Origin: an uncultured Pelagibacteraceae bacterium | GTDB taxonomy: Bacteria; Pseudomonadota; Alphaproteobacteria; Pelagibacterales; AG-422-B15 | Assembly: GCA_902518955.1 (NCBI GenBank) | Contig: CABYIR010000002.1 | Span: 48,891-112,890, forward strand | DNA length: 64,000 nt | Direction of reading: 5' to 3' | Shown: positions 1 through 10,875 of the stretch, one piece after another | Layout: every line of letters starts with the position of its first letter | Numbering within the stretch: the first letter of the stretch is position 1 | Notes under the pieces: generated by a model | Database searches by the model: none | Seen by the model: the letters and a program-made list of their open reading frames with translations, nothing else | What the model was told of the DNA's origin: nothing | Position numbers and translations under genes: made by a program

Positions 1-1
1 A

Positions 2-934
2 ATGGTTAAAAAAACAAAAAAATATCTATTTAATAAAGTTCTCATAATTGGAATTGGGTTAATCGGATCTTCAATTGCACTATCATTAAAGAAAAATAGT
101 ATCGCTAGAAATATAGTGGGCTTTTCAAAAACTGAGAAAACAAGAAAAATAGCCAAAAAAAAGCACATTGTTGATCAGACAATTAATAGGATTTCAAATC
201 GTATATCTGAAATGGATTTAATAATAATTTGTTCTCCACTCAGTACATATGAAAAAATATTTAATTTAATCGATCCTCATTTATCAAAAAAAACTATAGT
301 TACTGACGTTGGATCTGCAAAGTCTCATATCGTTAAGAATTTTCATTCATCTAAAGATAGAGTATTTGACTTTATACCAGCTCATCCCATTGCTGGAACA
401 GAACAAAGTGGACCGAATGCTGGTTTTCATGAGTTATTTATTGATAGATGGTGTATCATCACACCTATTTCTGGAAATAAGAAAAGAAATATAAATACGG
501 TCAAGAAGATGTGGAAATCAATGGGGTCAAATGTCGAAATTATGACACCAGAAAGACATGACCAAACGATGGCCATAACTTCGCATTTACCACATTTGAT
601 TGCATACAATATAGTTTCAACAGCTGCGGACATTGAAAATGTAACAAAAAGCGATGTAATAAAATATAGCGCCAGTGGGTTTAGAGATTTTACTAGAATC
701 GCGGCATCAGATCCTACAATGTGGCGCGATGTTTTATTAAGCAATAAAGACTCTTTACTAGAAGTAATTTCAAGATTTTCTGAGGATTTAAGTATGCTTC
801 AAAAAGCAATAAGATGGGAAGACGGTGAGACTCTTTATAAGCTATTTTCTAAAACAAGGAAGATACGTAACAAAATAATTGATGCCGGTCAGGATGTTAG
901 TGCTCCAGATTTTGGAAGATCAAAGAAAAAATAA
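2..934 (+). CDS. tyrC: Prephenate/arogenate (cyclohexadienyl) dehydrogenase
   Basis: GIGLIG Rossmann motif, TDVGSAK, HPIAGTE, HD..MA.TSHLPH, SGFRDFTRIA. Confidence 0.93.
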   Translation: MVKKTKKYLFNKVLIIGIGLIGSSIALSLKKNSIARNIVGFSKTEKTRKIAKKKHIVDQTINRISNRISEMDLIIICSPLSTYEKIFNLIDPHLSKKTIVTDVGSAKSHIVKNFHSSKDRVFDFIPAHPIAGTEQSGPNAGFHELFIDRWCIITPISGNKKRNINTVKKMWKSMGSNVEIMTPERHDQTMAITSHLPHLIAYNIVSTAADIENVTKSDVIKYSASGFRDFTRIAASDPTMWRDVLLSNKDSLLEVISRFSEDLSMLQKAIRWEDGETLYKLFSKTRKIRNKIIDAGQDVSAPDFGRSKKK

Positions 935-1675
935 TATCTTATTTAAATCAAATATATTCATAAATAGAAATATAACTTGATTGTCTTTTATATTAAAAGG
1001 TAAGTTAAAAATATCTTCATTTGATTTTAAATCTTTAATCAATAGAATTAAACTACCATTTAATACTTTATTATCTAACTTAAGAGCACCTTTCATTTCA
1101 ATGCTCACATTTTGAGAATCTATAGTTTCTAGCCGAGCTGAATTTACTTTAGTATTTATATCAAAAAGCTGGGGACTATTCTCATTTATTTTAATATGGA
1201 CTTGATCCAGGTTTGCCAAAAATACTTCATTTCCTGTAATCTTTATATTATTAATGGCTGAATTAAGATTATGAAGATTATTTTGATCAACAAATATTAC
1301 AGATAAAACTGAATTCATATCTATATCAAATACTACGTTATCCTTATTCACTAATATTGAAATTAAATTAGATTTTAGAGCAACTTTTGATAAATCAAAT
1401 GGGTGTATTGAAAGCTGAATAGCTTTGCTCTCTAATAAAATATCATCACTTCTTGAATTTATAATTTCAAATTCTTTAATATTAGTTTGAATTTGTGTTG
1501 GAAAACCTGAGCTATTTATTGTTTTATAAGAAATGGATTCATTTTCAGCTAATTGAAGAAGTAAGTTATTTTTAAAAATATTTGATATTACAACCCAATA
1601 TACGCCATATGATAAGAGAGAAATAAAAATCAATATTACAATTGTTCGAAAATTTAATATCCCCCCAATATTCAT
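920..1675 (-). CDS. Membrane-anchored hypothetical protein (DUF2125-like)
   Basis: N-terminal TM with Y..YW followed by SGFP motif; position next to tyrC/plsC. Confidence 0.55.
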   Translation of the reverse strand: MNIGGILNFRTIVILIFISLLSYGVYWVVISNIFKNNLLLQLAENESISYKTINSSGFPTQIQTNIKEFEIINSRSDDILLESKAIQLSIHPFDLSKVALKSNLISILVNKDNVVFDIDMNSVLSVIFVDQNNLHNLNSAINNIKITGNEVFLANLDQVHIKINENSPQLFDINTKVNSARLETIDSQNVSIEMKGALKLDNKVLNGSLILLIKDLKSNEDIFNLPFNIKDNQVIFLFMNIFDLNKILFFL

Positions 1676-2406
1676 TTAGGAAATTCTCTAATTGCTTCCT
1701 CCAATAATAAATCTGATGCATCTTCAATTTTATTATAAATTTCCTTACTAAAAACTTCTGAACTTAATCCAGGCTGTATTGGCTTAAGAAATTCAATTAT
1801 AATTTTTCCTGGATATCTTAAAAAACGTCTGCGAGACCAATAATAACCAGCATTAATGGCAACAGGTAAACAAGGAATATTTAGTCCACTATAGAGTGCT
1901 GTTACTCCATATTTATAGGGTTTTTTTTCACCAATATAAGTTCTTGTTCCCTCAGGAAAGATAAGCAAGGGCCTTGGATCTAAATCCATGCTCCTTTTCG
2001 CACTTTCAACCATTGCTTGAATATTTGTTTGTCCCTTGTTTCTATTAACATAAATAAAATTGGCTTTTTTGAAAACGAGGCCAACAATTGGAATAAGTAA
2101 TAATTGTTTTTTTGCAATTACACTAGGGTGGTTTATTGCATCAAACATAAAACATGCCTCAGCTAGAGATTGATGTTTTGAAGCAATTAAATATTTCCTA
2201 TCTTTTGGAATATTCTCTATTCCTCTGTATTCTACTTCAAGGTTTACAATATATTTAAGATTAATTTTTAAGTGATAAGACTGAAAACTAATTATTTTAA
2301 AAGTAAAAATTCTTGGAAGGATAAATGTTATTGGTGCAATTATAATACAAATTATTAAAACTATATAAAAAACTATATTTGAAAGTAGTGATCGAATAAA
2401 AATCAT
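1672..2406 (-). CDS. plsC: 1-acyl-sn-glycerol-3-phosphate acyltransferase
   Basis: KHQS..E block and IFPEGTR motif. Confidence 0.88.
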   Translation of the reverse strand: MIFIRSLLSNIVFYIVLIICIIIAPITFILPRIFTFKIISFQSYHLKINLKYIVNLEVEYRGIENIPKDRKYLIASKHQSLAEACFMFDAINHPSVIAKKQLLLIPIVGLVFKKANFIYVNRNKGQTNIQAMVESAKRSMDLDPRPLLIFPEGTRTYIGEKKPYKYGVTALYSGLNIPCLPVAINAGYYWSRRRFLRYPGKIIIEFLKPIQPGLSSEVFSKEIYNKIEDASDLLLEEAIREFPK

Positions 2407-2978
2407 AATCCTATTAAAATACTAGAGCTTGTTCTGATATACTTAATATATTCTATTAATAATTTTTTAAACGATGTTTTTTTTAAATTATCATTAGCAG
2501 GTATAAAAATAATCTGTTTATCTTTGAAAAATCTACTAAATTCAAGCTTTACTCTTGGTAAATGGTAAAATGATGAAACAATTATAATAGAATCTAATTT
2601 ATTATTATGTATCCATATATAACTTTCTCTTGCATTCTCGAATGTATTTGTGGAGATCATATCGAGATCAATGCAGCAGTTAAATAGAATTTCAGAGTCT
2701 GGAAACTCAGCAATTATTGATTTTTTATTAATTTGTTTATTAACCCCAGAGATTAATAGCTTATTAACAATATTATCTCTAAGTAATGAGATGCCCTTCT
2801 GAATTCTATATTGATCACCTGTTAAAACAATTGCAGCAGTATATTCTTCATTTTTTAGATTTGTATCTGAATGTGAATATATTTGATACAAATAGTAAGT
2901 AAAATAGAAAGAAAATATTAGAACTAATGAAACTATTACTATTATAATTCTTTTATTTTTAATTTTGTCTAGCAACAT
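2403..2978 (-). CDS. YdcF/DUF218 family protein
   Basis: IVLTG..RI, LLISGV, NTFENA, SS.YHLPR motifs; N-terminal TM. Confidence 0.85.
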   Translation of the reverse strand: MLLDKIKNKRIIIVIVSLVLIFSFYFTYYLYQIYSHSDTNLKNEEYTAAIVLTGDQYRIQKGISLLRDNIVNKLLISGVNKQINKKSIIAEFPDSEILFNCCIDLDMISTNTFENARESYIWIHNNKLDSIIIVSSFYHLPRVKLEFSRFFKDKQIIFIPANDNLKKTSFKKLLIEYIKYIRTSSSILIGL

Positions 2979-3031
2979 ATATTTATTTGTTTATTCTATA
3001 AGTTTATAAACAATTTATCTTTAAAATATAA

Positions 3032-3421
3032 ATGATTCTTTCTTGTTCCTCATGCAGTGCTAAATATTTAGTCGATATTCATCAAATAAAATATGGTAGA
3101 CATGTAAAATGTTCTAGGTGTGGACATGTCTGGTATCATGAGAATAAAGATTATGATCCTTCAATTGATGATCAAATTCAATCTAATAATAAAAAGTTTT
3201 CCCAAACAAAAATTAATGATGACTCAAATTTACCTGTTATTTATAGGAAGAAACAAACAGTTCCATTACCATTTATATTATTAATTTTTGTAGTAATTTT
3301 TTATTCAGTTTACATGATGTCTGAAAATATATCAGATATAAATTCTGATAGGTTTACTAAAGATCTTAATAATTTAATAGATATATTTGTTAGAAAAATT
3401 TACTATCTTTTTATAATTTAA
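3032..3421 (+). CDS. MJ0042-type zinc-ribbon membrane protein, ZitP-like (no DUF3426)
   Basis: MILSCSSCSAKY...VKCSRCGHVW (CxxC..CxxC..W) followed by one TM helix. Confidence 0.8.
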   Translation: MILSCSSCSAKYLVDIHQIKYGRHVKCSRCGHVWYHENKDYDPSIDDQIQSNNKKFSQTKINDDSNLPVIYRKKQTVPLPFILLIFVVIFYSVYMMSENISDINSDRFTKDLNNLIDIFVRKIYYLFII

Positions 3422-3426
3422 AAAAT

Positions 3427-4656
3427 TTATTCAGATATCAATTCTTCTAAATTTTGCCTTTTACGAATAGCGAGAAATTTATTTTTATTAACTAGAATTT
3501 CAGCAATATTTGGTCTTATGTTGTAGTTTGATGACATAGAAGATCCGTAAGCTCCTGTATTTGATATTGCAATAAAATCACCTTCATTAATTTTTTGAAA
3601 TGAATCAAGTGTCAAAAATTTGTCACTAGTTTCACAAATTGGACCTACAAACTCTATAACTTTGTTTTTTTTTGTATCACACTGTAAAATCGGGAGTATT
3701 TCATGAGTTGCGCCATATAAAGCGGGTCTCATGAAATCATTCATACCTGCATCAATCACTACAAATATCTTATCCTCAGTTTCTTTTATATATAAAATCT
3801 TTGATACCAATATCGAAGTATTTCCAATAATTGTTCTTCCCGGTTCAAAAATTATTGTCCTATCCTTTTTTGCAAAATACGAATTTATGAGATTGAAATA
3901 TTTTTTAAATTGAAATTTTTCATTTTCATCAATACCAATTCCACCACCTACATCTACTGTTTTAATAGTAAATCCATTACTCTCAACTTCTTTAATTAAT
4001 TGATTAGTAATTTTACAGGCTTCCTCGAACGGTTCTAATTTCATAATCTGACTTCCAATATGAAATGCAAGACCTTTAAAATTTATATTTTCAAAAAGAT
4101 TTGATTGGATAAACAATTCTTTTACATCTTTAATTGGGACCCCAAACTTATTTTCTATTGATCCTGTTGTAATTTTTGAGTGTGTATCAGGCCTTACATC
4201 TGGATTAATTCTAATGCCAATATTTTGCTTAATATTTAAGTTTCCAGAAATTTCATTTATTTTTTTTATTTCACTAATTGACTCAGCATTTATTTGAAAA
4301 CAGTTATTCTTGATTGCAAACTCTATCTCACTCTCTGTTTTACCTACTCCAGAAAAAACAATATTTTTTGCAGAAATCCCAGCACGAAGTGCTTTTTGTA
4401 ATTCTCCTATTGAAACAACATCTGCCCCCAATCCTTCTTCAGCTATTATCTTAACGATTTCAAGATTTGAATTTGCTTTTAGTGCAAAACAAATTTTTGA
4501 ATTTGTATTTTTAAGATTTTCTTTATATTTATTAATATTATCCCTTAGACTTCTGAGGCTATAACAATAAAACGGAGTTTCAATTTCATTGGTGATGGAT
4601 TCAATCTCAAGATCTTCGCACAACAGATTCTCACCTTGGTATTGATAGTGACTCAT
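3427..4656 (-). CDS. lysA: Diaminopimelate decarboxylase
   Basis: FALKAN PLP lysine, HIGSQ, EPGR, GPICETSD, GAYG..MSSNYN. Confidence 0.96.
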   Translation of the reverse strand: MSHYQYQGENLLCEDLEIESITNEIETPFYCYSLRSLRDNINKYKENLKNTNSKICFALKANSNLEIVKIIAEEGLGADVVSIGELQKALRAGISAKNIVFSGVGKTESEIEFAIKNNCFQINAESISEIKKINEISGNLNIKQNIGIRINPDVRPDTHSKITTGSIENKFGVPIKDVKELFIQSNLFENINFKGLAFHIGSQIMKLEPFEEACKITNQLIKEVESNGFTIKTVDVGGGIGIDENEKFQFKKYFNLINSYFAKKDRTIIFEPGRTIIGNTSILVSKILYIKETEDKIFVVIDAGMNDFMRPALYGATHEILPILQCDTKKNKVIEFVGPICETSDKFLTLDSFQKINEGDFIAISNTGAYGSSMSSNYNIRPNIAEILVNKNKFLAIRKRQNLEELISE

Positions 4657-4661
4657 AATTC

Positions 4662-4793
4662 TTATGAATAAAAAGTATTTTTCACATGAAGTAGGGCAGA
4701 ATCAGACCCATCAGTCGGAAACTCTAATGACCCTTTTTTACCACACGACAGTATAGTTGATATTAATAATGCAATTATTATGACTCTTGTCAT
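4662..4793 (-). CDS. Small lipoprotein, LptM/YifL-like (43 aa; not in ORF track)
   Basis: Translated by hand: MTRVIIIALLISTILSCGKKGSLEFPTDGSDSALLHVKNTFYS; lipobox ILS-C then GKKG.L..P; ATGA overlap with argH stop; lies directly upstream of lysA. Confidence 0.8.
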   Translation of the reverse strand: MTRVIIIALLISTILSCGKKGSLEFPTDGSDSALLHVKNTFYS

Positions 4794-6181
4794 TTTAATA
4801 TTTCTTTTTTAGCGAGCTTTATCATTTTTTTTACCTGTGATCTTGAGGTTCCTCCAAAGCTTTTTTTATTATCAACAGATGATTGTAAACTGATTGCATT
4901 ATACACCGTTTTGTTAATATTTTTGTCAAATTCTTGATAATCTGACAAATTTAATTTGTCTAGTTTTACTCCTTTTTTTTCAGCAAAGTTTACGATCTTT
5001 GCTGATAGGCCATGAGATTTTCTAAATGAGTAATTAAGATTTTTTACAAGCCAATCAGCTAATTCTGTAGCATTGGAGTAGCTTGATCTTAAAGCATTTT
5101 CCATATTTTTTTCATTAGTTTTAAGTCCCTTGATGACATCAATCATGCAATCAATAGACAGCTTTAAATTTGCACTTGTGCTTGTCAAAAGATTTTTATC
5201 TTCTTGTAAATCTTTTGAGTATGTAAGCGGTAGTCCTTTCATTACGTTTTGTATAGCAGATAAATTACTTATAATAATCGATGCTTTTGCTCTTACCAGT
5301 TCCATTGCGTCAGGATTTTTTTTCTGAGGCATAATAGATGAACTTGATAACATGTCATCTCCAAGATTAATAAAATTTATTAAATCTGATGACCATAAAA
5401 TAATTTCTTCTGCTAATCGTGACATGTGAATACTACATAGAGATGAAGAGAATATATAGTCCATCATAAAATCTCTATCTGAAACTGTATCAAGAGAATT
5501 TCTTGTTGGCTCTTTGAATTTCAGTAATTTTGTAGTTTGATATCTATTTATATCAAATGAAGTTCCAGCTAAAGCTCCTGCCCCAAGAGGATTCTGATCT
5601 AATCTTCTTTTTGATTGATTGAATCTTTCTAAGTCTCTTTTGAACATTTCATAATATGCCATTAAATGATGTGCAAAAGAAACTGGTTGGGCAGTTTGAA
5701 AATGTGTCATACCTGGAAATAAAGTATCTATATTATTTTCAGATTTCTTTATAATTATTTTTTGAAGCTTAATTATTTTACTTAAAATATTATCAATATC
5801 TTTTTTCATCCATAATTTTACATCAGTTACAACCTGATCATTTCTTGATCTAGCAGTATGTAACTTTCCAGCTACTTCTCCAATTAATTCCTCTAATCTA
5901 TTTTCAATATTCATATGAATATCTTCAAGGTCACTTTTAAAAGTAAATTTTCCTAATTCTATTTCAGATAATATTTTTTTTAGTCCAATAGAAATTTTTT
6001 TAAAATCTGACTTTGAAATAATTTTTTTAGACTCAAGCATTTTGGCATGAGCTATTGATCCCTCTATATCTTCACGGAAAAGAAACTTGTCTAGCTCAAC
6101 TGATGAATTTATTGACTTGAAAGCACCACTAGCTTCTTTTTTAAATCTTTTTCTTAATTTATTATTTTTTTTACTGGACAT
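4790..6181 (-). CDS. argH: Argininosuccinate lyase (start moved to MSSKKNNK)
   Basis: EDIHMNIE, KLHTARSRNDQV, SSIMPQKKNPD signature. Confidence 0.96.
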   Translation of the reverse strand: MSSKKNNKLRKRFKKEASGAFKSINSSVELDKFLFREDIEGSIAHAKMLESKKIISKSDFKKISIGLKKILSEIELGKFTFKSDLEDIHMNIENRLEELIGEVAGKLHTARSRNDQVVTDVKLWMKKDIDNILSKIIKLQKIIIKKSENNIDTLFPGMTHFQTAQPVSFAHHLMAYYEMFKRDLERFNQSKRRLDQNPLGAGALAGTSFDINRYQTTKLLKFKEPTRNSLDTVSDRDFMMDYIFSSSLCSIHMSRLAEEIILWSSDLINFINLGDDMLSSSSIMPQKKNPDAMELVRAKASIIISNLSAIQNVMKGLPLTYSKDLQEDKNLLTSTSANLKLSIDCMIDVIKGLKTNEKNMENALRSSYSNATELADWLVKNLNYSFRKSHGLSAKIVNFAEKKGVKLDKLNLSDYQEFDKNINKTVYNAISLQSSVDNKKSFGGTSRSQVKKMIKLAKKEILK

Positions 6182-6200
6182 TCTATTGTTATTAATTTTT

Positions 6201-6743
6201 ATGTACTTTATGAAAGTTGTAATAAATAAATTTATTTTGCTGGTATATGCCACAATAATTCTAATTTGTAACCCCTTAAATATTAACTTTATTTTAGCAG
6301 CAGATTTTATTTTTGAGGAAAAAAGTGGGTTTTCAAGTGAATTCAAAAACGAAAATGATGATCTTTTTTCTTTAGATGATTTTAAAGAAAAGGTTCTATT
6401 AGTTAATTTATGGGCAACATGGTGTGAGCCCTGTAAAGAAGAAATGCCTTCTTTAGATAATCTTCAAACTCTTTTTAATAAAAATGAATTTACTGTTCTG
6501 CCAATAAATTTAGATCGAGGTCCAAAAAAGAAAGCTTTGAATTTTTTTGATGATTTCAACATTATAAATATAGAAACTTTTTTTGATGATAAGAATAATA
6601 TTCCTAGAGAAGTAAAAATCTTAGGATTACCTGTTACATTATTAATTAATAAAAAGGGCTTAGAGGTCGCAAGGTTAATTGGGCCAACTGAATGGACAGA
6701 TAAAAAGATATTAGAAATAATTCGAAAAGAAATATCTAATTAA
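6201..6743 (+). CDS. tlpA: TlpA-family thiol:disulfide oxidoreductase (start at 6201 or 6210)
   Basis: NLWATWCEPCKEEMP, GLP.T; N-terminal hydrophobic anchor; divergent from argH. Confidence 0.88.
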   Translation: MYFMKVVINKFILLVYATIILICNPLNINFILAADFIFEEKSGFSSEFKNENDDLFSLDDFKEKVLLVNLWATWCEPCKEEMPSLDNLQTLFNKNEFTVLPINLDRGPKKKALNFFDDFNIINIETFFDDKNNIPREVKILGLPVTLLINKKGLEVARLIGPTEWTDKKILEIIRKEISN

Positions 6744-7669
6744 ATCGCACCTTCAAGTTCTGGTAGAACCTGAAATAAGTCGGCAACTAGTCCATAGTCA
6801 GCAATATCAAAAATTGGAGCTTCTTCATCTTTATTTATTGCAACAATAACTTTAGAGTCTTTCATTCCAGCTAAATGTTGAATTGCTCCTGATATTCCAA
6901 CAGCAATATATAACTCTGGAGCGACTACTTTGCCAGTTTGTCCAACCTGGTAATCATTTGGTACAAATCCTGCGTCAACTGCAGCTCTTGAGGCTCCAAC
7001 AGCGGCACCCAATTTTGCGGCAACTTTATCTAATAGTTCAAAGTTCTCACCATTTTGCATACCTCTACCACCAGAAATTATTATTTTAGCAGACGTTAAT
7101 TCTGGTCTGTCTGATTTAGTTAATTCCTCACTAATATATTCAGAAATGTTAGGAATATTTTCAGGATTTATTTTCTCAACTTCACACCCTGTATCGCTAG
7201 TATCTGCTAATTTATATGCTGTTGGTCTGATTGTTAAAACTTTTTTTGCATCTGAACTTTGAACTGTAGCAATTGCATTTCCCGCGTAAATTGTTCTAAT
7301 AAATGTATCATTAGATTCAACTCCGATGATTTCAGATATCTGAGAAACATCAAGTTTTGCAGCTACTCTTGGCATAACATTTTTACCAGTGGTAGTTGCA
7401 GCAGCACAAAAATAATTGTAATTGTCTGAAATATTTACAATTGTAGACGTTAACTTTTCAGCAAGAATATTATTATATTCATCATTTTCGATATGTATGA
7501 TTTTTGATACACCAGATATTTTTGATGCTTGTTCCACAACAGAGTCAATTGCTGTACCAGCTACCATGCCGTGAACTTCTTCACCTAAATCTTTAGTAGC
7601 AGAAATCGCTTTTAAACTCTGATCACTGACTTTACCATTAGCATGTTCAATAAAAAATAATGTTGTCAT
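6740..7669 (-). CDS. etfA: Electron transfer flavoprotein alpha subunit
   Basis: [30 protein letters not shown]. Confidence 0.97.
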   Translation of the reverse strand: MTTLFFIEHANGKVSDQSLKAISATKDLGEEVHGMVAGTAIDSVVEQASKISGVSKIIHIENDEYNNILAEKLTSTIVNISDNYNYFCAAATTTGKNVMPRVAAKLDVSQISEIIGVESNDTFIRTIYAGNAIATVQSSDAKKVLTIRPTAYKLADTSDTGCEVEKINPENIPNISEYISEELTKSDRPELTSAKIIISGGRGMQNGENFELLDKVAAKLGAAVGASRAAVDAGFVPNDYQVGQTGKVVAPELYIAVGISGAIQHLAGMKDSKVIVAINKDEEAPIFDIADYGLVADLFQVLPELEGAI

Positions 7670-8415
7670 ATAACCCCTGCTTCGTTTTTTAATTTTTCCA
7701 CTAATTCTGAAATATTTTCAACTTTGATTCCAGCCTGTCTTTTAGGTGGCTCGATGACTTTAAGTGTTTTAAGTCTAGGCGTGATATCGATGCCATAATC
7801 ATCTGGTGTTTTTTGATCTATCGGTTTCTTTTTAGCTTTCATTATATTTGGAAGCGAGGCATATCGTGGTTCATTTAGTCTTAAGTCAGTGGTAATTATT
7901 GCAGGCATATTCAGTTTAACTGTTTGTAATCCTCCATCTATTTCACGAGTGACTTGAATTTTATCACCATCAATTTCAATTTTAGATGCAAATGTACCTT
8001 GTGGCATATCTGTTAAAGCAGCTAGCATTTGACCAGTTTGATTATTGTCACCATCAATAGCTTGCTTGCCAGAAATTACTAATCCAGGTTTTTCTGCATC
8101 AATTATTTTAGATAATATTTTTGCAATCGATAATGGCTCAACTGTTTGATCAATTAGAACATGTATTCCTCGATCAGCTCCCATAGCCAGCGCAGTTCTT
8201 ATTGTTTCTTGGCATGATTGGTTTCCAACTGAAACAACAATAATTTCTTCAGCTTTACCAGCTTCTTTTAATCTAATAGCTTCTTCAACAGCAATTTCAC
8301 AGAATGGGTTCATTGACATCTTAACATTATCTGTTTCAACACCAGTATTATCAGATTTGACACGTATACTTACGTATGGATCAATAACTCTTTTTATAGG
8401 AACTAAAATTTTCAT
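7666..8415 (-). CDS. etfB: Electron transfer flavoprotein beta subunit
   Basis: [44 protein letters not shown]. Confidence 0.97.
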   Translation of the reverse strand: MKILVPIKRVIDPYVSIRVKSDNTGVETDNVKMSMNPFCEIAVEEAIRLKEAGKAEEIIVVSVGNQSCQETIRTALAMGADRGIHVLIDQTVEPLSIAKILSKIIDAEKPGLVISGKQAIDGDNNQTGQMLAALTDMPQGTFASKIEIDGDKIQVTREIDGGLQTVKLNMPAIITTDLRLNEPRYASLPNIMKAKKKPIDQKTPDDYGIDITPRLKTLKVIEPPKRQAGIKVENISELVEKLKNEAGVI

Positions 8416-8457
8416 AGGATTACGGTTAATCTATTTTTATTAATATATCAATGTATT

Positions 8458-9021
8458 TTATGTATTCAAGCCAGGCTTCCACAAGATATCTTTTTTGCCA
8501 TAATTATTTTCAACTCTCGATAGAACAAAAAATAAATCTGATAATCTATTAATATATTGAAGAGCTGAGGGATTTACCTTTTCTTTAGCACTTAAACTAA
8601 CCATATTTGTTTCGGCTCTTCTAGCAACAGTTCGAGCATTGTGTAAATATGACGCACTCATAGTCCCACCTGGAAGTATGAAGGAAGATAATGGTTTAAG
8701 ATTCTTATTATATTCATCTATTTGTTTCTCAATTCTTTTTACTTGTTTCTCAGTAATTCTGAGAGGTTTAAATTTTGGCTTGGAGACAATTGGGGTCGCT
8801 AAATCAGCGCCAAGATCAAATAAGTCATTTTGTATTTCAGATATAACTTTGGCATTTTTTTTAGAGATAGCATGCCTAACAATACCTAAAATCGAATTTA
8901 ACTCATCGATTGATCCGTAAGATTTAATTCTAATATGATCTTTTGATACTCTTTTCCCAGATGCAAGACTTGTTTTTCCTTTATCACCAGTTTTAGTATA
9001 AATTTTTGTAAGTCTAACCAT
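8458..9021 (-). CDS. pduO: Cob(I)alamin adenosyltransferase, PduO type
   Basis: KIYTKTGDKG, DELNS, FILPGG, RTVARRAE, NRLSD. Confidence 0.93.
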   Translation of the reverse strand: MVRLTKIYTKTGDKGKTSLASGKRVSKDHIRIKSYGSIDELNSILGIVRHAISKKNAKVISEIQNDLFDLGADLATPIVSKPKFKPLRITEKQVKRIEKQIDEYNKNLKPLSSFILPGGTMSASYLHNARTVARRAETNMVSLSAKEKVNPSALQYINRLSDLFFVLSRVENNYGKKDILWKPGLNT

Positions 9022-9023
9022 AA

Positions 9024-9224
9024 TTATCTTGATGCCAAATAGACAGCCAACATAATAATCAATATTGCAACAAATTGTAACAATATTCTAAGTCGCATAA
9101 GTTTGTTTGAATACTTTCTATTAAATTCCCCTCCCCTCGTCATGCTATAAATTCCAGTAGCTAGAACTAAAACTACCGCCGCAACAGATATAGGAATTAA
9201 GATATAATAAAAGACAGGGGACAT
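9024..9224 (-). CDS. Twin-transmembrane HIG1-domain small protein
   Basis: Two hydrophobic helices flanking SNKLMRLRI..Q. Confidence 0.85.
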   Translation of the reverse strand: MSPVFYYILIPISVAAVVLVLATGIYSMTRGGEFNRKYSNKLMRLRILLQFVAILIIMLAVYLASR

Positions 9225-9227
9225 TTA

Positions 9228-10874
9228 CTAGTTTGAAGTAAGAAGTCGTCTAGCAATAACCTCGGCCTGCATTTCTGCGGCACCTTCAAAAATGTTAAGG
9301 ATTCTTGAATCACAAAGAAGTCTACTGATAGGATATTCCAAAGCAAATCCATTTCCACCATGAATTTGAAGTGAATTATCAGAGCAAGCCCAAGCTACTC
9401 TCGCCCCAAGTAATTTGGCCATACCAGCTTCAACGTCACAGCGGTTACCTGTATCTTTCTCACGAGCAGAATAATATGTTAACTGACGAGCAGCCATTAT
9501 TTCAGTAACCATTGAAACAATTTTTGATGAAACTCTCGGAAATTCATATATGGATTTTCCAAACTGATTTCTGTCTAAAGCATATTTTAATCCAGTTTCC
9601 ATGGATGACTGAGCAACTCCAACAGCTCTAGCGGCAGTTTGAATTCTAGCTGACTCAAAGGTTTCCATTAATTGTTTAAAGCCTTTTCCCTCTTCACCAC
9701 CTAGAAGATTTTCTTTTTTCACTTTAAAGTCATCAAAAGCAATTTCATATTCCTTCATCCCACGGTAACCTAAAACTTCGATTTCACCACCGGACATACC
9801 TTCTGAAGGAAACATATTGTCGTCATCTCCTCTTTCTTTCTCAGCCAAAAACATTGATAGTCCTTTGTAGCCTTTTTCTTCTGGATTAGTTCTTGCTAGC
9901 ATTGTCATTAGGTCACTTCTTGCACCATGGGTAATCCAAGTCTTATTTCCAGTTATAGAATAATGGGTACCATTTGCAGTAGCACGTGTTTTTAACGACG
10001 CTAAGTCAGAGCCTGTATTTGGTTCAGTAAATACTGCCGTGGGTAATATTTCACCTGAAGCAATCTTTGGAAGCCACTTTTGTTTTTGTTCCTCTGTACC
10101 ACCAATAAGAAGTAGTTCTGAAGAAATATCAGTACGGGTTCCAAGTGAACCAATGCCAATATAACCTCTAGCAAGTTCTTCAGTAACAATGCACATTGCA
10201 AGCTTACTCATTCCTAGTCCACCATATTCTTCAGGTATAGTTAGTCCAAAAATTCCAAGTTCAGACATTTTATCTATCACAGACATAGGTATTAACTCAT
10301 CCTTTAAGTGCCATTCATGAGCGTAGGGAGTTACATATTCTTCTACAAATTTATTAAATTGATCTCTAATCATTGAAGAAGTTTCATCTATTCCTAAACT
10401 TCCAAAATTATTACTTGATACACTCTCACGAATTATATTCGCAAGTTCTAATCTATCTTTAGATTCATTTCCATTTAAAATGAGATCATTAAAACTATTA
10501 TTATCAATTTCATTAAATAGTCCATTTTTTAGACTAAGATCTTTTGGGCGTATGACCTCTAGCTGAGACATAGGTATACCTGTTTTAATTTGGCACAAAT
10601 ATTCTGAAAAAATTATTTGTAATATTAATTTTTCATACTCAGTAAAACGATTTTCAGACTCAAGATTTATTGCCCAGTTAAGCATTTCTCGAAGTGTCTC
10701 TTTGTAGGTTGCAATCCAGGCTAAACCATGAGCAGCATGCTGTTCTTGATTTAGATGATCCTTTGAAACCTTTCCGTCGACAAGAACAAGTTTACTAACT
10801 TGTTCTTTAGCTACATTATAATATGCATCAACAGTTTGCTGAGCTTCTTGACACTTGGTAATTATATTATCCAT
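9228..10874 (-). CDS. mcd: (2S)-methylsuccinyl-CoA dehydrogenase (acyl-CoA dehydrogenase family)
   Basis: 548 aa with N-terminal extension (EQHAAHGLAW), FTEPNTGSDL, QIHGGNGFALEY; adjacent to ccr. Confidence 0.88.
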   Translation of the reverse strand: MDNIITKCQEAQQTVDAYYNVAKEQVSKLVLVDGKVSKDHLNQEQHAAHGLAWIATYKETLREMLNWAINLESENRFTEYEKLILQIIFSEYLCQIKTGIPMSQLEVIRPKDLSLKNGLFNEIDNNSFNDLILNGNESKDRLELANIIRESVSSNNFGSLGIDETSSMIRDQFNKFVEEYVTPYAHEWHLKDELIPMSVIDKMSELGIFGLTIPEEYGGLGMSKLAMCIVTEELARGYIGIGSLGTRTDISSELLLIGGTEEQKQKWLPKIASGEILPTAVFTEPNTGSDLASLKTRATANGTHYSITGNKTWITHGARSDLMTMLARTNPEEKGYKGLSMFLAEKERGDDDNMFPSEGMSGGEIEVLGYRGMKEYEIAFDDFKVKKENLLGGEEGKGFKQLMETFESARIQTAARAVGVAQSSMETGLKYALDRNQFGKSIYEFPRVSSKIVSMVTEIMAARQLTYYSAREKDTGNRCDVEAGMAKLLGARVAWACSDNSLQIHGGNGFALEYPISRLLCDSRILNIFEGAAEMQAEVIARRLLTSN

Positions 10875-10875
10875 A

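Noticed and set aside
6182..6346. N-terminal extensions of argH (to 6346) and tlpA (from 6087) in the ORF track
   Set aside because: They are mutual antisense overlaps. The family-like sequences begin at 6181 and at 6201/6210.
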